Assembly: GCF_009914755.1 (NCBI RefSeq) | Contig: NC_060939.1 | Length of the DNA: 64,000 nucleotides | Strand: one strand, 5' to 3' | Source: the human T2T-CHM13v2.0 reference genome, Homo sapiens | In this document: positions 1-40,097 of the stretch, in pieces | Layout of the letters: each line of letters opens with the position of its first letter | Numbering within the stretch: position 1 is the stretch's first letter | Notes under the pieces: generated by a model | Seen by the model: only the letters and a program-made list of their open reading frames with translations | Database searches by the model: none | Told to the model about the DNA's origin: nothing | Made by a program: the position numbers and the translations under genes

Positions 1-326
1 ACAGGGTTTTGCCACGTTCGCCAGGCTGGTCTCAAACTTCCGACCTCAGATGATCCACCTGCCTTGGCCTCCCAAACTGCTGAGATTACAGGCATGAGCC
101 ATTGCACCCAGCCTTTCATTTGATTTAAAGTATTTTCTTCCCCTTAGTAATTACTTGCAGAGAAGCCGGATATCACCTTTCAGTGTAATTTCTTACCCTA
201 CAGCCTAGGAAAATATTTGTTAACAGTAAAGTAAAAAATGTTTATTTAATATAATGAAATTTAATTAGCAGCTGAATAGTATTTACCGGTGCCCTGCATG
301 TGCATATTGGAGTGATTGCCTTCTGA

Positions 327-12905
<12,579 letters not shown>

Positions 12906-13063
12906 ATTTTTTTTTTCAAAAATCTGTATTTTTTTTCATATGAAGTGTATTTGTTTTGGATTCAAAGATGAATGCCAGAGACTCTTAACTCTTGAGTCTT
13001 CCAGCTTTTCCCAATAAAGTCCCTATTCCTATTTCAGTCTTCCTTTTTCTTTTCTCCTTATAG

Positions 13064-13261
<198 letters not shown>

Positions 13262-13326
13262 TGAAGGTGCAAAGGCAGAAGTGGGGAGGAAGGGGGGTAC
13301 TTGCATTCAGCATGACCTCTTCTTTA

Positions 13327-13460
13327 GAGCAGTGGTTCTTAACTTTTTCCATGGTCATGGATGCTTTGAGAATCTGAATGAAGCAAGAAAAATGCATGCA
13401 ATTCCAAAGGTTGGTGAGACCCCTGAAACCTATCCCTGGAACCCACGAGGATTCCTGCAT
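13327..13460. mobile_element. hAT-Charlie (MER5-like) DNA transposon remnant
   Basis: CAGTGGTTCTTAAC terminal motif and TTTGAGAATCTGA core; subfamily not determined. Confidence 0.5.
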
Positions 13461-14215
13461 TAGTCTTGAATACCCTGAGTGCCTTTCCCTCCCCTTTTTT
13501 TCTTGCTTATGCATAGTCTGACTGAGGAGGGAATCTCAGTAGAAAATGTTCCTTTTCTGGAAGCCAATTCCAGAATTTTTCAACACTAGTTTGAAAAGTG
13601 AACTTGGGCCAGGTGCAATGGCTCATATTTGTAATCTCAACACTTTGGGAGGCCAAGGTGGGAGGATCGCTTGAGCCCAGGAGTTCAGGACTAGCCTGGG
13701 TAACATAGTGAGATCCCATCTCTACAAAAAAATTTAAAAATTAGCTGGGTGTTATGGTATGCACCTGAGGTCCCAACTACTTAGGAGGCTGAGGCGAGAG
13801 GCTTGCTTGAGCCCAGGACTTCGAGGTTACTGTGAGCTATGATCACACCACTGCACTCCAGTGACAGAGCAAGACCCTTTCTCAACAACAACAAAAAAAA
13901 GTAGGAAAAAAAAAAAAGAAAAATGCAGGGACACTGGAAGAGAAAATAGAAGTGAACTTGTTCCAGGACTAGAATGATAACCTGTAAATTATAAAAATTT
14001 TAAAAACATTTTTAAAAATAATGTTTACATAAAAGCTGACTTTATAAAATTGGCCTAACCCGGTTTTGAGCACATGCCTATGAATGTTAGCTCAAATTGA
14101 GTCAAGGGCAGTTCCTGTTAAATTGCTGACTTAGTTCAATACTCATTGTACTCACATACTTTTTCCATGCCAACATTTGTCCTGTTAAGATCTACTATTA
14201 TGATAAATTCACTAA

Positions 14216-14416
<201 letters not shown>

Positions 14417-15159
14417 TAATTTTTTATATTTTTAGTAGAGATGGGGTTTCACCATGTTGGCCAGGCTGGTCTTGAACTCCTGACCTCAGGTGATCCACCT
14501 GCCTTGTCCTCCCAGAGTGCTGGGATTACAGGTGTGAGCCGCCACACCCGGCCATAAAAAAATTTTTTTTTTAATGCCAGCTAATAAATAAAAAAGAAAT
14601 TATAGGGTTAGAAGAATCACCACTTTTCAATCATAGTGATAAAGTTGATTTACTCAAGAATCCTCAATGATTGTTAAAACCACTGGGTGAGAGTTTGTTG
14701 GAAAACAAAATTATATAGTCTTAAACCTTCTGCCTATACATACTATTACACAAAGAGGAAAAGGTGCCTTTACAAAGGGAAAATCTGGGAGACACCACCT
14801 TTACCAAGTAATCCAAATTAAAATAATGGGACAAACAGATGTTAGGGCTTCCTGATGTGATACATTGAAAAGGACACAATCACTTATGGAGTATTCTTGC
14901 CAAAAATTCATAACCTGAATTGTTTCTTAACAAATCAACCAAACCAAATGAAGTGGACATTTGATAACTGTTGCTATTTCAACTTAAATTAACTAAAAAG
15001 TCATGTTTAAAATTTAGTTTTTCAGTTGCACTAGCCACATTTGAGTTTGTGAATACCCATATGTGGTGGCTGCTGTTCAGATAGACAAAATTTTCATCAC
15101 CACCTCACAGAATTCTACTAGACAATTTTTTGGGGCTTATACTCTTCAAAAATTCAGTG

Positions 15160-16092
<933 letters not shown>

Positions 16093-16093
16093 A

Positions 16094-17700
<1,607 letters not shown>

Positions 17701-17809
17701 AAAACAAATAAGTAAAATAACAAACTGGTTTCTTACTGTAGCTGAAAGAAGGGTGATGTTGTCAACATTGTGGAGCCGCTTGTGGCCTGTCTTCTGTAGC
17801 ATAGTGTAA

Positions 17810-18040
<231 letters not shown>

Positions 18041-18269
18041 TAAGGTTGTCCTCGTCGTTGTCCCCCCCCCGCCCCCACCTTTTCTGTTCATCTCTTTTCT
18101 CATACTTCCCTGTCCTTCACACCTGACCTACACATGGAGACTGGCATTTGGAATTGACTGTTAACATGATGAGACGCAAGTGATGTATTAAATTTCAATC
18201 ACATTCATTATTTACTCAGTGCCACTGGCTTTGTTTACTAATGTACGTTATTCAGAAGGTTTTATTCAT

Positions 18270-18565
18270 AAGACATTATTTATGTGCACTATTTAATCTT
18301 CACAACTGCTCTGTGAAGTTGGTTATACCATATTACAGAGGTAGACGCTTAGGCTTAGAGACATTAGGTAACTAAAGAGTAAGCTGCATGAAGGGAGAGA
18401 CTTTGTCCTTTTCGCCACTCTATTCTTAGTGCCTAGAACAGTACCTGGCACAGAGATATGCACTAAATACTAGTTGAGTGAATGAATGAAGAAACTTGCC
18501 CAAGGTGATTTAGCTGGTAAGTGGTAGAACTGGATTTCAAACCTGGGACCATCTGACACCATAAA
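18270..18565. mobile_element. MIR fragments flanking an L2 3' end
   Basis: ATTTAATCTTCACAAC...TTACAGAGG (MIR); TAGTGCCTAGAACAGTACCTGGCACA...TTGAGTGAATGAATGAA (L2 3' end); ACTTGCCCAAGGT...GGATTTCAAACC (MIR). Confidence 0.65.
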
Positions 18566-18661
18566 ACACGCTGTGGCCATATCCTCTCCTGCGTCACATT
18601 TCCTGTCATTTTACCTATTCTGTAACACCGCACTACAGGCAGCATTCTAAAGGGAATTACA

Positions 18662-19741
<1,080 letters not shown>

Positions 19742-20258
19742 TTATATTTTACAAATTGGCTTCAAATTGTTCACGCTCCTAGGTTGAAATAATTTTCCAA
19801 AATTCATATTTGGAGCCCTGTCTTCACAGGATTCAAGACTTGGAATTTCTCCTCATTATGTACAAGTTAGGTATCTGACTATCCTCTAGCATGGTTTTTG
19901 TATTTTTTTAAAAAGTCAAGTGTTAAATTACTTTTTGATATTTAGAAGCTGCTTCAATGTTTTGAACTTTTGCCATATTTTAAATGGAAAAGTTTTAAAT
20001 ATGGCAGTAGTTCTTCCTTATCTCCTAACAGAATTTCAAGGTAAAAATAAACTTGGCTTTTGTCTTGGAAATAAAATAGCCCTCAGAACAAGGATCCTAC
20101 CTATTTAATCTTATGAAAGGAGAATAGAAGCATTTTCTTTGGCAGCACTTAGTTCCTTTTCATCTGGGAGTTTTGTTTGTCCCTTCTGGAGACCATATTA
20201 AGTATGCTGAGTTATCCTAGAGAAGAATGTTTGGCTTTCAGTCAGCAGCAAGCAATAG

Positions 20259-24702
<4,444 letters not shown>

Positions 24703-24934
24703 CGTAGTCTCTCATTTTAAACATATTCCAACTTAATGCTATCAAATATTTTATATTTTGTTGTAATTAACATATTAAATATTTTTAATGTACTTAAAAG
24801 GTACACCAGAGTTTCTTGCAGGAAAGCCAAAATATCTATTAGCTCCTTTCCCTTAGTTCCTTTCTCCTATCTAATAGAAATCAGTTTTTATATACATTTC
24901 ATTGCTACTTAAAAACCAAATATCTTTTAACCAG

Positions 24935-25049
24935 ATTTGAAATCAAGAAAAAACTAAAAACAGCCAAAAAGAAAGAAAAGAAAGAAAAGAAGAAAAAGCA
25001 AGAAGAGGAGCAAGAAAAGAAAAAACTGACACAGATTCAAGAATCTCAG
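24935..25049 (+). CDS. RTF1: RTF1 exon 5 ([16 protein letters not shown]...QIQESQ), Lys/Glu-rich
   Basis: CCAG| acceptor, CAG|GTAGGA donor; 115 nt; frame-consistent. Confidence 0.95.
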
Positions 25050-25095
25050 GTAGGAGATTCAGTGTTCCTCATTGTCCAAAGAATAAACCTGTTTT

Positions 25096-25097
<2 letters not shown>

Positions 25098-25133
<36 letters not shown>
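25098..25133 (+). repeat. (GT)18 microsatellite 48 nt into RTF1 intron 5
   Basis: Perfect GT dinucleotide run of 36 nt. Confidence 0.97.
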
Positions 25134-25137
<4 letters not shown>

Positions 25138-25237
25138 GGTGGATTTATATTAATCAGCCTAAGTTTATAAGACTTGTGACATGGTTTCATTAATCTCTGG
25201 ACATATCACCATTAGCTGTGCTGTTAAATCCTTAGCA

Positions 25238-25357
25238 CTTTTTCCTTTGCTTTCCTTTTTCCTTTTCTTTTTTCTTTCTTCTTTCTTTTTCCCTTTTCTT
25301 CCCCTCCCTTCCTCCTTCCCCCTTCCCTTCCTCCTTCCCTTCCTCTTCCCTTTCCCT
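25238..25357 (+). repeat. 120-nt CT-rich polypyrimidine tract
   Basis: Only one purine in ~120 nt; adjoins an antisense Alu monomer. Confidence 0.9.
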
Positions 25358-26306
25358 GGTCTCATTATGTTGCCCGGGCTAGAATACAGTGGCTATTCAC
25401 TGGCACAGTCATAACACACTGAAGCCTCAAACTCCTAGTCTCAAGCAGTCCTCCTGAGTTGCTGAGACTACAGGCATATGCTACCGTGCCCGGCTTTCAC
25501 TGAAGTCTGCATTTAAAAAGCAGCCCTCAACTGCAGTGACTCACATGTGTAATCCCAGCACTTTGAGAGGCCGAGGCAGACAGATCACTCAAGGCCAGGA
25601 GTTTGAGACCAGCCTGGCCAACGTGGCGAAATCCTGTCTCTACTAAAAATACAAAAATTAGCCTGGCGTGGTGGCTTATGCCTTTAATCCCAGCTACTCG
25701 GGGGGCTGAGGCACAAGAATTGCTTGAACCTCAGAAGCGGAGGTTGCAGTGAGCTGAGATCATGCCATGGCCCTCCAGCCTGGGCAGAAGAGCGAGGCTC
25801 TGTTTTAAAAAAAAAAAGCAGCCCACTAGTGAGTGACCATCCCTTAAGGAAAAGTTGGTAAACAACCTGTCCTAGGTAGCCAGATGCTTATGATGTTTAC
25901 TTAGATGTATATCATCCTTTACTTGGTATAAATATAGCTGGGAAAATAATCTCTGTATTTATCATAAATGAGACTCCATCTCAGAAAAACAACAAAAAAA
26001 GATAATGTGGGGCTGAGTGTAGTGGCTTATGCCTGTAATCCCAACATTAGCTGTGTTGTAGTGTGTTCTTCCAGAAAGAGTTTATTCGGATAATTCTTGA
26101 ACTTGGAATAGGCATTTTAGACAGGGCTTACTTTACTGCGCTATCCTCTTTGTCCACAAGAGGATGCTCTCTCCCCTTACATAAAAGCTCTAAGTTTTTG
26201 CAGCCCATATAGATTGATGTTGGAGGACTAAATGCATTAAGTAGGTTTAGAGAATCTTATCAGCTGTTGGTAAAAAGGGCCATTCTATATATCCTTCCCT
26301 TCCTAG

Positions 26307-26462
<156 letters not shown>

Positions 26463-27582
26463 TGACTTCCTGGTGTCCATTTTCATTTTGCCCTCTTGTT
26501 ATATCTTTCTCATATAAAATTCCAGCACATACCCAGAATAGTATAAACATCCACAAACCCATCATCCAGCCACAGCAGTCAGCTCTTGGCCAGTCTTGTT
26601 AAATCTATAATCCTTTCATCAGATTATTTTAAAGCAAATACCAGCATTATTATATTTTAACCATAAATATTTCAGTATGTTCCTCTAAAAGATAAGTACT
26701 TTTGTTTTAAACCTAACTATAATACCATTATTACACCTAGAAATAACAATGAACTCTTTGTCAAATATCTAGTCAGTGTTCAAATTTTTCTATTTGTTTT
26801 GTAATTTAAAAAACAAGATTTTAAAAACATTTCTATTTGTTTTGTAATTTAAAAAACAAGACCACTTGAATCAGGATCTTAAAGTCCATACATTGTGATC
26901 TGTTAATACGTCCCTTAAGGCATTTAATCTGTATGTTTTCTTCCCCATCTCTTTGCCCTGCCTTGCAGCGTTATTTGCTGAAGGAACTGGGTCATTTGTC
27001 TTCTGGTTTCTCACATTGCTGACTACATCTCGTTTTTGTTGTTGAATGTGTTTCTGGTCCCTTGGGTTTCCTGTAAATGGTTAGTTAGAGCTACAGAATT
27101 GGTCAGATTTGGGTTTGTTCTGTTGTTGTCATTGTTGCTTGTTCTTGGGGAAGGCTGATTTTTAGGTAGTGGTATGTATTTCCATCAGGAGACACATGAT
27201 ATCTGACTGTCTCTCAGTTTGTGATGTTAACAATCCTGTCAGTTAGCTCTTACCACAATAATGTGAAGTAACAAACTAACCCCTGTTCTGCTCATGCATC
27301 TGAAGTTCAACTGCAATTCACCCTCCTGATGGCATGAGTTCAGCTGGAATTATCTCCAAGCTATAGGTGGTAGCCAGGTCTGTTCTACCTCTCTCTTCCT
27401 CCCTGGGCCAGTAAACCCCGAGCACTTTTATATGGTGATGACAGAAGTATAAAAGGGGCAAGCAAAGACACACATGCCTCTTAGGGCCTAGACTTGGAAT
27501 TGGCATAGTGTCACTATGGGGCCGGGAAGAATGACTAAGGCATATAGCAAAGGACATGGGTATAGAGATGGGTGAAGAATTA

Positions 27583-27924
<342 letters not shown>

Positions 27925-29032
27925 TCACGCTTGTAATCCCAGCACTTCGGGAGGCTGAGGCTGGAGGATTGCTTGAGGCCAGGAGTTCAAGACCGGCCTG
28001 GCCAACATGGTGCAAGCCCATCTCTACTAAAAATAATAAAATTAGCCAGGCCAGGCACGGTGGCTCACACCTGTAATCCCAGCACTTTGTGAGGTCAGAG
28101 CAGGCAGATCACGTGAGGTCTGGAGTTGGAGACCAGCCTGGCCAACAGAGTGAAATCCCGTCTCTACTAAAAGTACAAAAATTAGTCAGGCGTGGTAGCA
28201 CATGCCTGTAATCCCAGCTACTTGTGGGGCTGAGGCACTGAAAATCACTTGAACCCGGGAGGTGGAGGTTGCAGTGAGCCAAGATCCTACCATTGCACTC
28301 CAGCCTGGGCAACAAGAGTGAGACTCTGTCTCAAAAAAAAAGAAAAAGAAATAATAACGTGTTCTGTCCTAGTAGCCACTGATGGTCATTACCTAGATAA
28401 TTTAATTCATTAGGAGTTGCAAAATGGTGATATTTCGAATCTGTCATTCTTTCCTCATTCATTATCTAGCCTGCTTCTATAAAGAGAAACCTTTTTTTTT
28501 TGAGACGGAGTCTCGCTCTGTCGCCCAGGTTGGAGTGCAGTGGCGCGATCTCGGCTCACTGCAAGCTCCGCCTCCTGGGTTCACACCATTCTCCTGCCTC
28601 AGCCTCCTGAGTAGCTGGGACTACAGGCACCTGCCACCACGCCCAGCTAATTTTTTGTATTTTTAGTAGAGAAGGGGTTTCACCATGTTAGCCAGGATGG
28701 TCTTGATCTCCTGACCTTGTGATCCGCCCGCCTCGGCCTCCCAAAGTGCTGGGATTACAGGTGTGAGCCACCGCACCCGGCCTAAAGAGAAACTTCTAAT
28801 CAGCTATTTAGTTACCCCCCAGGCACATTTTGAACAGGAAAGGCAAGATAAATGCTTGATTAATTTTCCTTTCGTTTACCAGTTTTTGAAAGAATGAGAT
28901 AGTTCCTGGCAAGGTACAGTGGCTCACATGTGTAATTCAAGACCAGCCTGGGCAACATAGTGAGACCCTGTTTCTGCAATATTTTAAAGAGAGAGAGAGA
29001 GATAGTTTTTAGCAACTTCCAAAGATGACTGA

Positions 29033-29266
<234 letters not shown>

Positions 29267-29671
29267 TGAGACTACATGCGTGCACCACCACCTAATTTTG
29301 TTTTGTATTTTTAGTAGAGATGGGGTTTAGCCATGTTGGCCAGGGTGGTCTTGAACTCCTGACCTTAAGTGATCCGCCTTGCCTTGGCCTCCCAAAGTGC
29401 ATGAGCCAACACTCCCAGCCTAAAATTTTTTTATATTATTCTTTTTTCTTTTTAAATCGTAAGTACACAGATTAACCTGCCATCTTAGATTAATGGTAGC
29501 ATATTATACACAGTTTTCTCTCTCTTTTTTTTTTAGCCACCACTCCTGGTTTGTTTTTTGTATTTTTGGTAGAGATGCAGATTCACCATGTTGCCCAGGC
29601 TGGTCCCAAACCCCTGAGCTCAAGTGATCTACCCACCTCGACCTCCCAAAGTGCTGGGATTACAGGCATGA

Positions 29672-29869
<198 letters not shown>

Positions 29870-30397
29870 TAGTAGAGACAGAGTTTCACCATGTTGACCA
29901 AGCTGGTCTCGAACTCCTGACCTCAAGTGATCCACCTGCCTCTGCCTCCCAAAGTGCTGAGATTACAGGCGTAAGCCACCGCACCCGTCCCCACGTTCCT
30001 TTTTTATAGCTGCATAGTAGTTCATTGGTAGATGTACCAGTGGTGATTTAGCCACTCTCCTATTTTAAATTTTCCTCAGAAGCTTCTGAAGTCATCATGA
30101 GTCTTTCCCCCTCTTTCCTCCCCATAGTCAAGTGTCTTGAGTGCCATAAAAGAGAACTGTCAGTAGTGTTGGTGACCCTTTCTGCCCACCTAGTATCAAT
30201 CTTCCAGCCCTTTTTTCATCTGCTGGGGCCTGACATTTGGCACCTGAATAATTTTAACTCTGTGTTTTAACTCATTTCTGTATATACCCCAAGTTAGCAC
30301 AATCCAGTCTAGAGAGGACGGAGCTGTGTATTTGAGTCCTCTTCCATTTCCAGTTCTTTTTCAAGGATGAATTCATTTTCTTGTTGAGAAAACCTAG

Positions 30398-30559
<162 letters not shown>

Positions 30560-30765
30560 TAAGCTCTTGTACATTTTGGTCTAGTAGGCAGGATAGGTGG
30601 GTTTTTGAGGAAGAGCTTGGTATCGTTTCCAAAATCTCCCTGGTTGGGCCACTAACTCTGACATGGTTACCTTTGGTTTGCTGAACTGAGTTCCCCAGCA
30701 CGTCAGCCCATTCATTTGGCTGCTAGCCTGTACGCTTAGACATTTCACCTGGGCCTGGAAGGTAG

Positions 30766-31118
<353 letters not shown>

Positions 31119-31270
31119 ACTCTGATGGGTTATCTAAGATGGCAGCCTCATTTGAAACAGCTCATACTACTGGTCAGGAACAGGATCCTATTACAAGTCT
31201 TTGCTGGTGCTTCATTTACTTCTCCTCCTAGGCCAGTCACATGTACTTTGGTTAAGTTTTGAGGAGTTGA

Positions 31271-31558
<288 letters not shown>

Positions 31559-32003
31559 TAATTAGTCTCAACTGAGGGCAGGAGCTACTGAAAAAATCGA
31601 TCACTCTTCTCTCAGCATTTGATGGAAAGTAGACTCCAAGTGGGATCCCCATAGAGCAGTGAGGTGCCCAGGAATCCTTCATGACTTGTTGCCAAGAGGA
31701 GGACTTGGAGCCCAAGGGCCTGGAAGATTTGGATGTAGAATAATTTTCTCTATTCTCCCTTCAGTATAAAAGGGAGAAGGGAGGCATCTATGAAGTGTTC
31801 ATTGGGAGTTACATAATCTAAAAGATTTGTTCATTTGAAAAACCAATGAATGAAAAGTTTCATGTTGCATACCAAGTGACTTCTACACCAGGGAATTGTA
31901 TTGAGGTTAAAAAAAACCCTCCAGACTAATACAGGTTATTATGTAGGTTCCAGCACTGCTTCTGTGGTCTAGGTGGACTGGGCACAGTGGCTTACTCCTG
32001 TAA

Positions 32004-34454
<2,451 letters not shown>

Positions 34455-34786
34455 CTACATGGTCTTCACATTTGGTTGATAAAAATCAACTGGTGAAATC
34501 CCAAATACATCCCTTGTAAGTTAGAATTAGTTGGAGGAAAAGCTTCCAGTGGGCCCCATCGGGCTCCTCTTCTGCTGGCACTTTCTCCTCCTGGGCACAA
34601 GGCTCCCTGTGCTTGGCCATCTGGATTCTAAACCTGAGAAACCTTTCTCAGAACCCCTGGCAGCTGTGGACTCTACTCAGCACTCTATCAGTTGTCTGCG
34701 TTCAGGTAGAGAGACGCAAAGGAAGAGTGTTGTGGAAAGCTCCGGAAGAGTCTGGTTTTGACTGGCGTCTCTGTCCTCTCACTTAG

Positions 34787-34869
34787 GTCGCTGAGATTAC
34801 GGGTGTTGTGGAAACTGCCAAAGTTTACCAACTAGGTGGCACCAGAACAAACAAAGGGCTGCAACTACG
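34787..34869 (+). CDS. RTF1: RTF1 exon 9, Plus3 (VAEITGVVETAKVYQLGGTRTNKGLQL)
   Basis: TTAG| acceptor, CG|GTAGGA donor; 83 nt. Confidence 0.95.
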
Positions 34870-35617
34870 GTAGGAGGCACTTCTGGGGTAGCTTCTGCTT
34901 CCACTTCAAACAGGCACTGGCTTTGGGGGCTGCTATTCTCTCTGTGTGATGTTCCTTGTTACCATGAACGCTATGTATGCAATCCCCACAAGGTACACTT
35001 GGAGGGAGACTTGTATTCCATCTTTGTCTATAGGGAAGGTAGGATATTCTCTCCTCTAGAGGGAACCAAATATATGAAGGGGTAGGACACAGAGAAAGGA
35101 AATGTGTGGTTATGAGAGACCCTCCCAGAGCCTCGCTGGCATTTCCTTGGCAAGCATGTCCAAGAGGCTTGCTTCTGGTTCTGGCTCTATGTCATAACCT
35201 CATCTGTGACAAGAAAGATCATTTTTATGGACTTCATTTCCTCTTCAGTAAAATGAAAGTGTCATTCACTCAGCAAATATTTACCGAATGTACAGTGTGC
35301 CAGGCACTGCTCTAGGTGCCATCATAGTGCACTGCAGCTTGGAACTCCTGGGCTCAGGTGATCCTCCCACCTCAGTCTCCTGAGGAGCTGTGACCACAGG
35401 CATGTAACCCTGTCCCAGGCTCTGTTGCATATTGTTGATGTTGACTGTAATGGATTTTATTGTAAATTGACTTTTGAAGCACTGACCAAGCCCATTTGGT
35501 TTCCAGTGCTAGCTTTGGGATCTCAATCTTGGCAGCTCATTAAAACAGCCTGGGATGATTTTATAGGGTAGCTAGGATTGAGAACCACTGCAATAGGTAT
35601 ATATAGGTGGTACATAG

Positions 35618-35788
<171 letters not shown>

Positions 35789-35854
35789 TAGAGATTACCT
35801 AGCAGTTGTTCGTGCACGTTGAGAAAATATCTTTCCAAAATCCCTTACTAATAA

Positions 35855-36130
<276 letters not shown>

Positions 36131-36576
36131 TAGTTCATCAAGCTTTTTTCTATACATTCTCATGTCCGGATGAGGCTAACATAGACTGAAGTGTATTCAG
36201 AGTTCAGATGAGACAACAAATGAGGCTACATACACTAAAGTGTATTTAGGGTTCAGGGGTCTGTATTCTGCTAGGCTTGATCCTTCAAGAGTTTTCCTTT
36301 TCTAAAACATCTTGGTAAAATTATTTGATCTCTGTTCTCTTGGACAGTGGCTAGCCTTACACTACCAGGCCCTTGGGCTGCTGTTTCTTGGTGCATGTTC
36401 CTTCAGCCTGTCCCAGAAGAATCTCCGTGACCCAGGAAGCAGCATAGTATCCCTTGGAATGAACCCGCTCTCTCTCTCTCTGGGGCATGACACTGCTGTA
36501 GGAAGAGCAGCCCCTTTGTAACTAGCTGTTTGCATCCAAAATGGGCTCACTTAGCCTGTCTACAAAAATAGCTTAG

Positions 36577-36726
<150 letters not shown>

Positions 36727-37331
36727 TAAGGAGATGTGGAAATCAAACTTGTTCATCCTCTGCCAAGTTAGTGGTGGTAGGATTGGGAGAAAATTCTGGG
36801 CTCGATTATAAGCAACACAGTGTGTTCTTGGCACCTGGGCAACGTTCCTTGGCCATTTTCCATTCCCTAAATTCAAACTCATCTTCTGCGTGTGTGCCAG
36901 TCTTCTTACTTTCTAGTCACTTCAGTTTCCTTTGTAATAAAATAGACCCTGGGGTGGTATTTAACACTGAGTCTGAACAGACAGATGACACTGTCAAGGC
37001 CACCTGTGGCTGGTGATTTTCCATTCTTCACACTGGGTTGGGGTGGGCCTTGTTATGGTGGTTTAGCCACCCTGTGAGGCCTGGGGTTCTACTGCCACCA
37101 GGGACCCACAGCCAGGTAGCTGTATGGGAAGGTGTTCCCCACTGTACTGTGCACTACTATAATATAAATTATATCTTGTATTTGTAAAGTACTTCTACAG
37201 TATTCTTCCACATCTCCTGTCCTTTGCTCACCACATGAGATATCTTTGCCTGTGCTGGAAGTAAGGGGATACTTGATATGGAGTCAGTTGTATGTAGCCA
37301 AGAACGAACTCACACATCTCTCTATGTGTAG

Positions 37332-37553
<222 letters not shown>

Positions 37554-37556
37554 TGA

Positions 37557-37706
<150 letters not shown>

Positions 37707-37959
37707 TAAAACAAAGTTAATTAATAAACCATGACATCTTTTCTACATCTTGCCTAAGTTTATTTTTTAATTATTGAAATAACGTAGGCACTTAACGTAT
37801 ACACACTCTCTCTGTATGTCCACGTACATCGATATAATTTATTCATAATGAAAAGCAGCAGTCTTCTGCCCTGTCCTACCTCTTCCCACCCTTAGATTCT
37901 ACTCCACAGGTATTTGTTTTTTCTCAATTTCTGTTTCTTGGTTGTTTCCCCCATATCTA

Positions 37960-38575
<616 letters not shown>

Positions 38576-38666
38576 TTAAAAAAAAAAAAAAAGGAAAAGG
38601 ATAATAGCTTTTTTTTTTTTCAGTCCCGTGCAAAGACTTATTTGCCTGTGAGCTTATGGTGAATGA

Positions 38667-38855
<189 letters not shown>

Positions 38856-39197
38856 TAGGAAATTAATAATGAAGTTAAAAATAATGTTTTCTTAGCTGGG
38901 ATTTGCTTGTCTGAAGCTCTTGGGTCTGGATACTTCCTTTTTTATCTTGCTATAGGACATATCGGTAGTGAAAACGTGGCATGGATTTATAAAAACCTAG
39001 TGACTGATCCTCCTGTATCAGGGTGGGTTTACAGTGCAGCAGACATTAGTAATGTGTCCCTTAGCTAGGGCCTGGCTGGGCTGGGCTTGGCTTTCAAGCT
39101 TGTAATTGCCTTTTTTTTTTTTTTTTTTGCTGCTTTGAGGAAAACCCCACTAGCTGCTGATGGGTCGGCTGTGGTGCTTGTGATGTTAGTTTGGTAG

Positions 39198-39410
<213 letters not shown>

Positions 39411-39732
39411 TGAGATACCGAACAAGTACCTTGTCTAGTTTGGGCTTGATTTTTCCACCTTGAGGAACAGGGAGTCCCTCTTGGAGTCCCTTCTCCATCC
39501 CAGTTATTTACAGATATAATCAACAGACAACCTTAATTCCAAACCTGACACCACTACTTGCCTAGGGCCTTGACTATGTCCTTCAGCAGCTGGCTTCCAG
39601 CCCTCAGCATCCCCTTTTCTGCTGTGTAAAATGAGGGTACTACTGTATACCCTGCCAGCTTCACAGGAGGAGAGATAACATACAAAGATCAGACATTGTA
39701 AAAGTGAAAGCTTGTTGAAAATGGCACATTTA

Positions 39733-40097
<365 letters not shown>

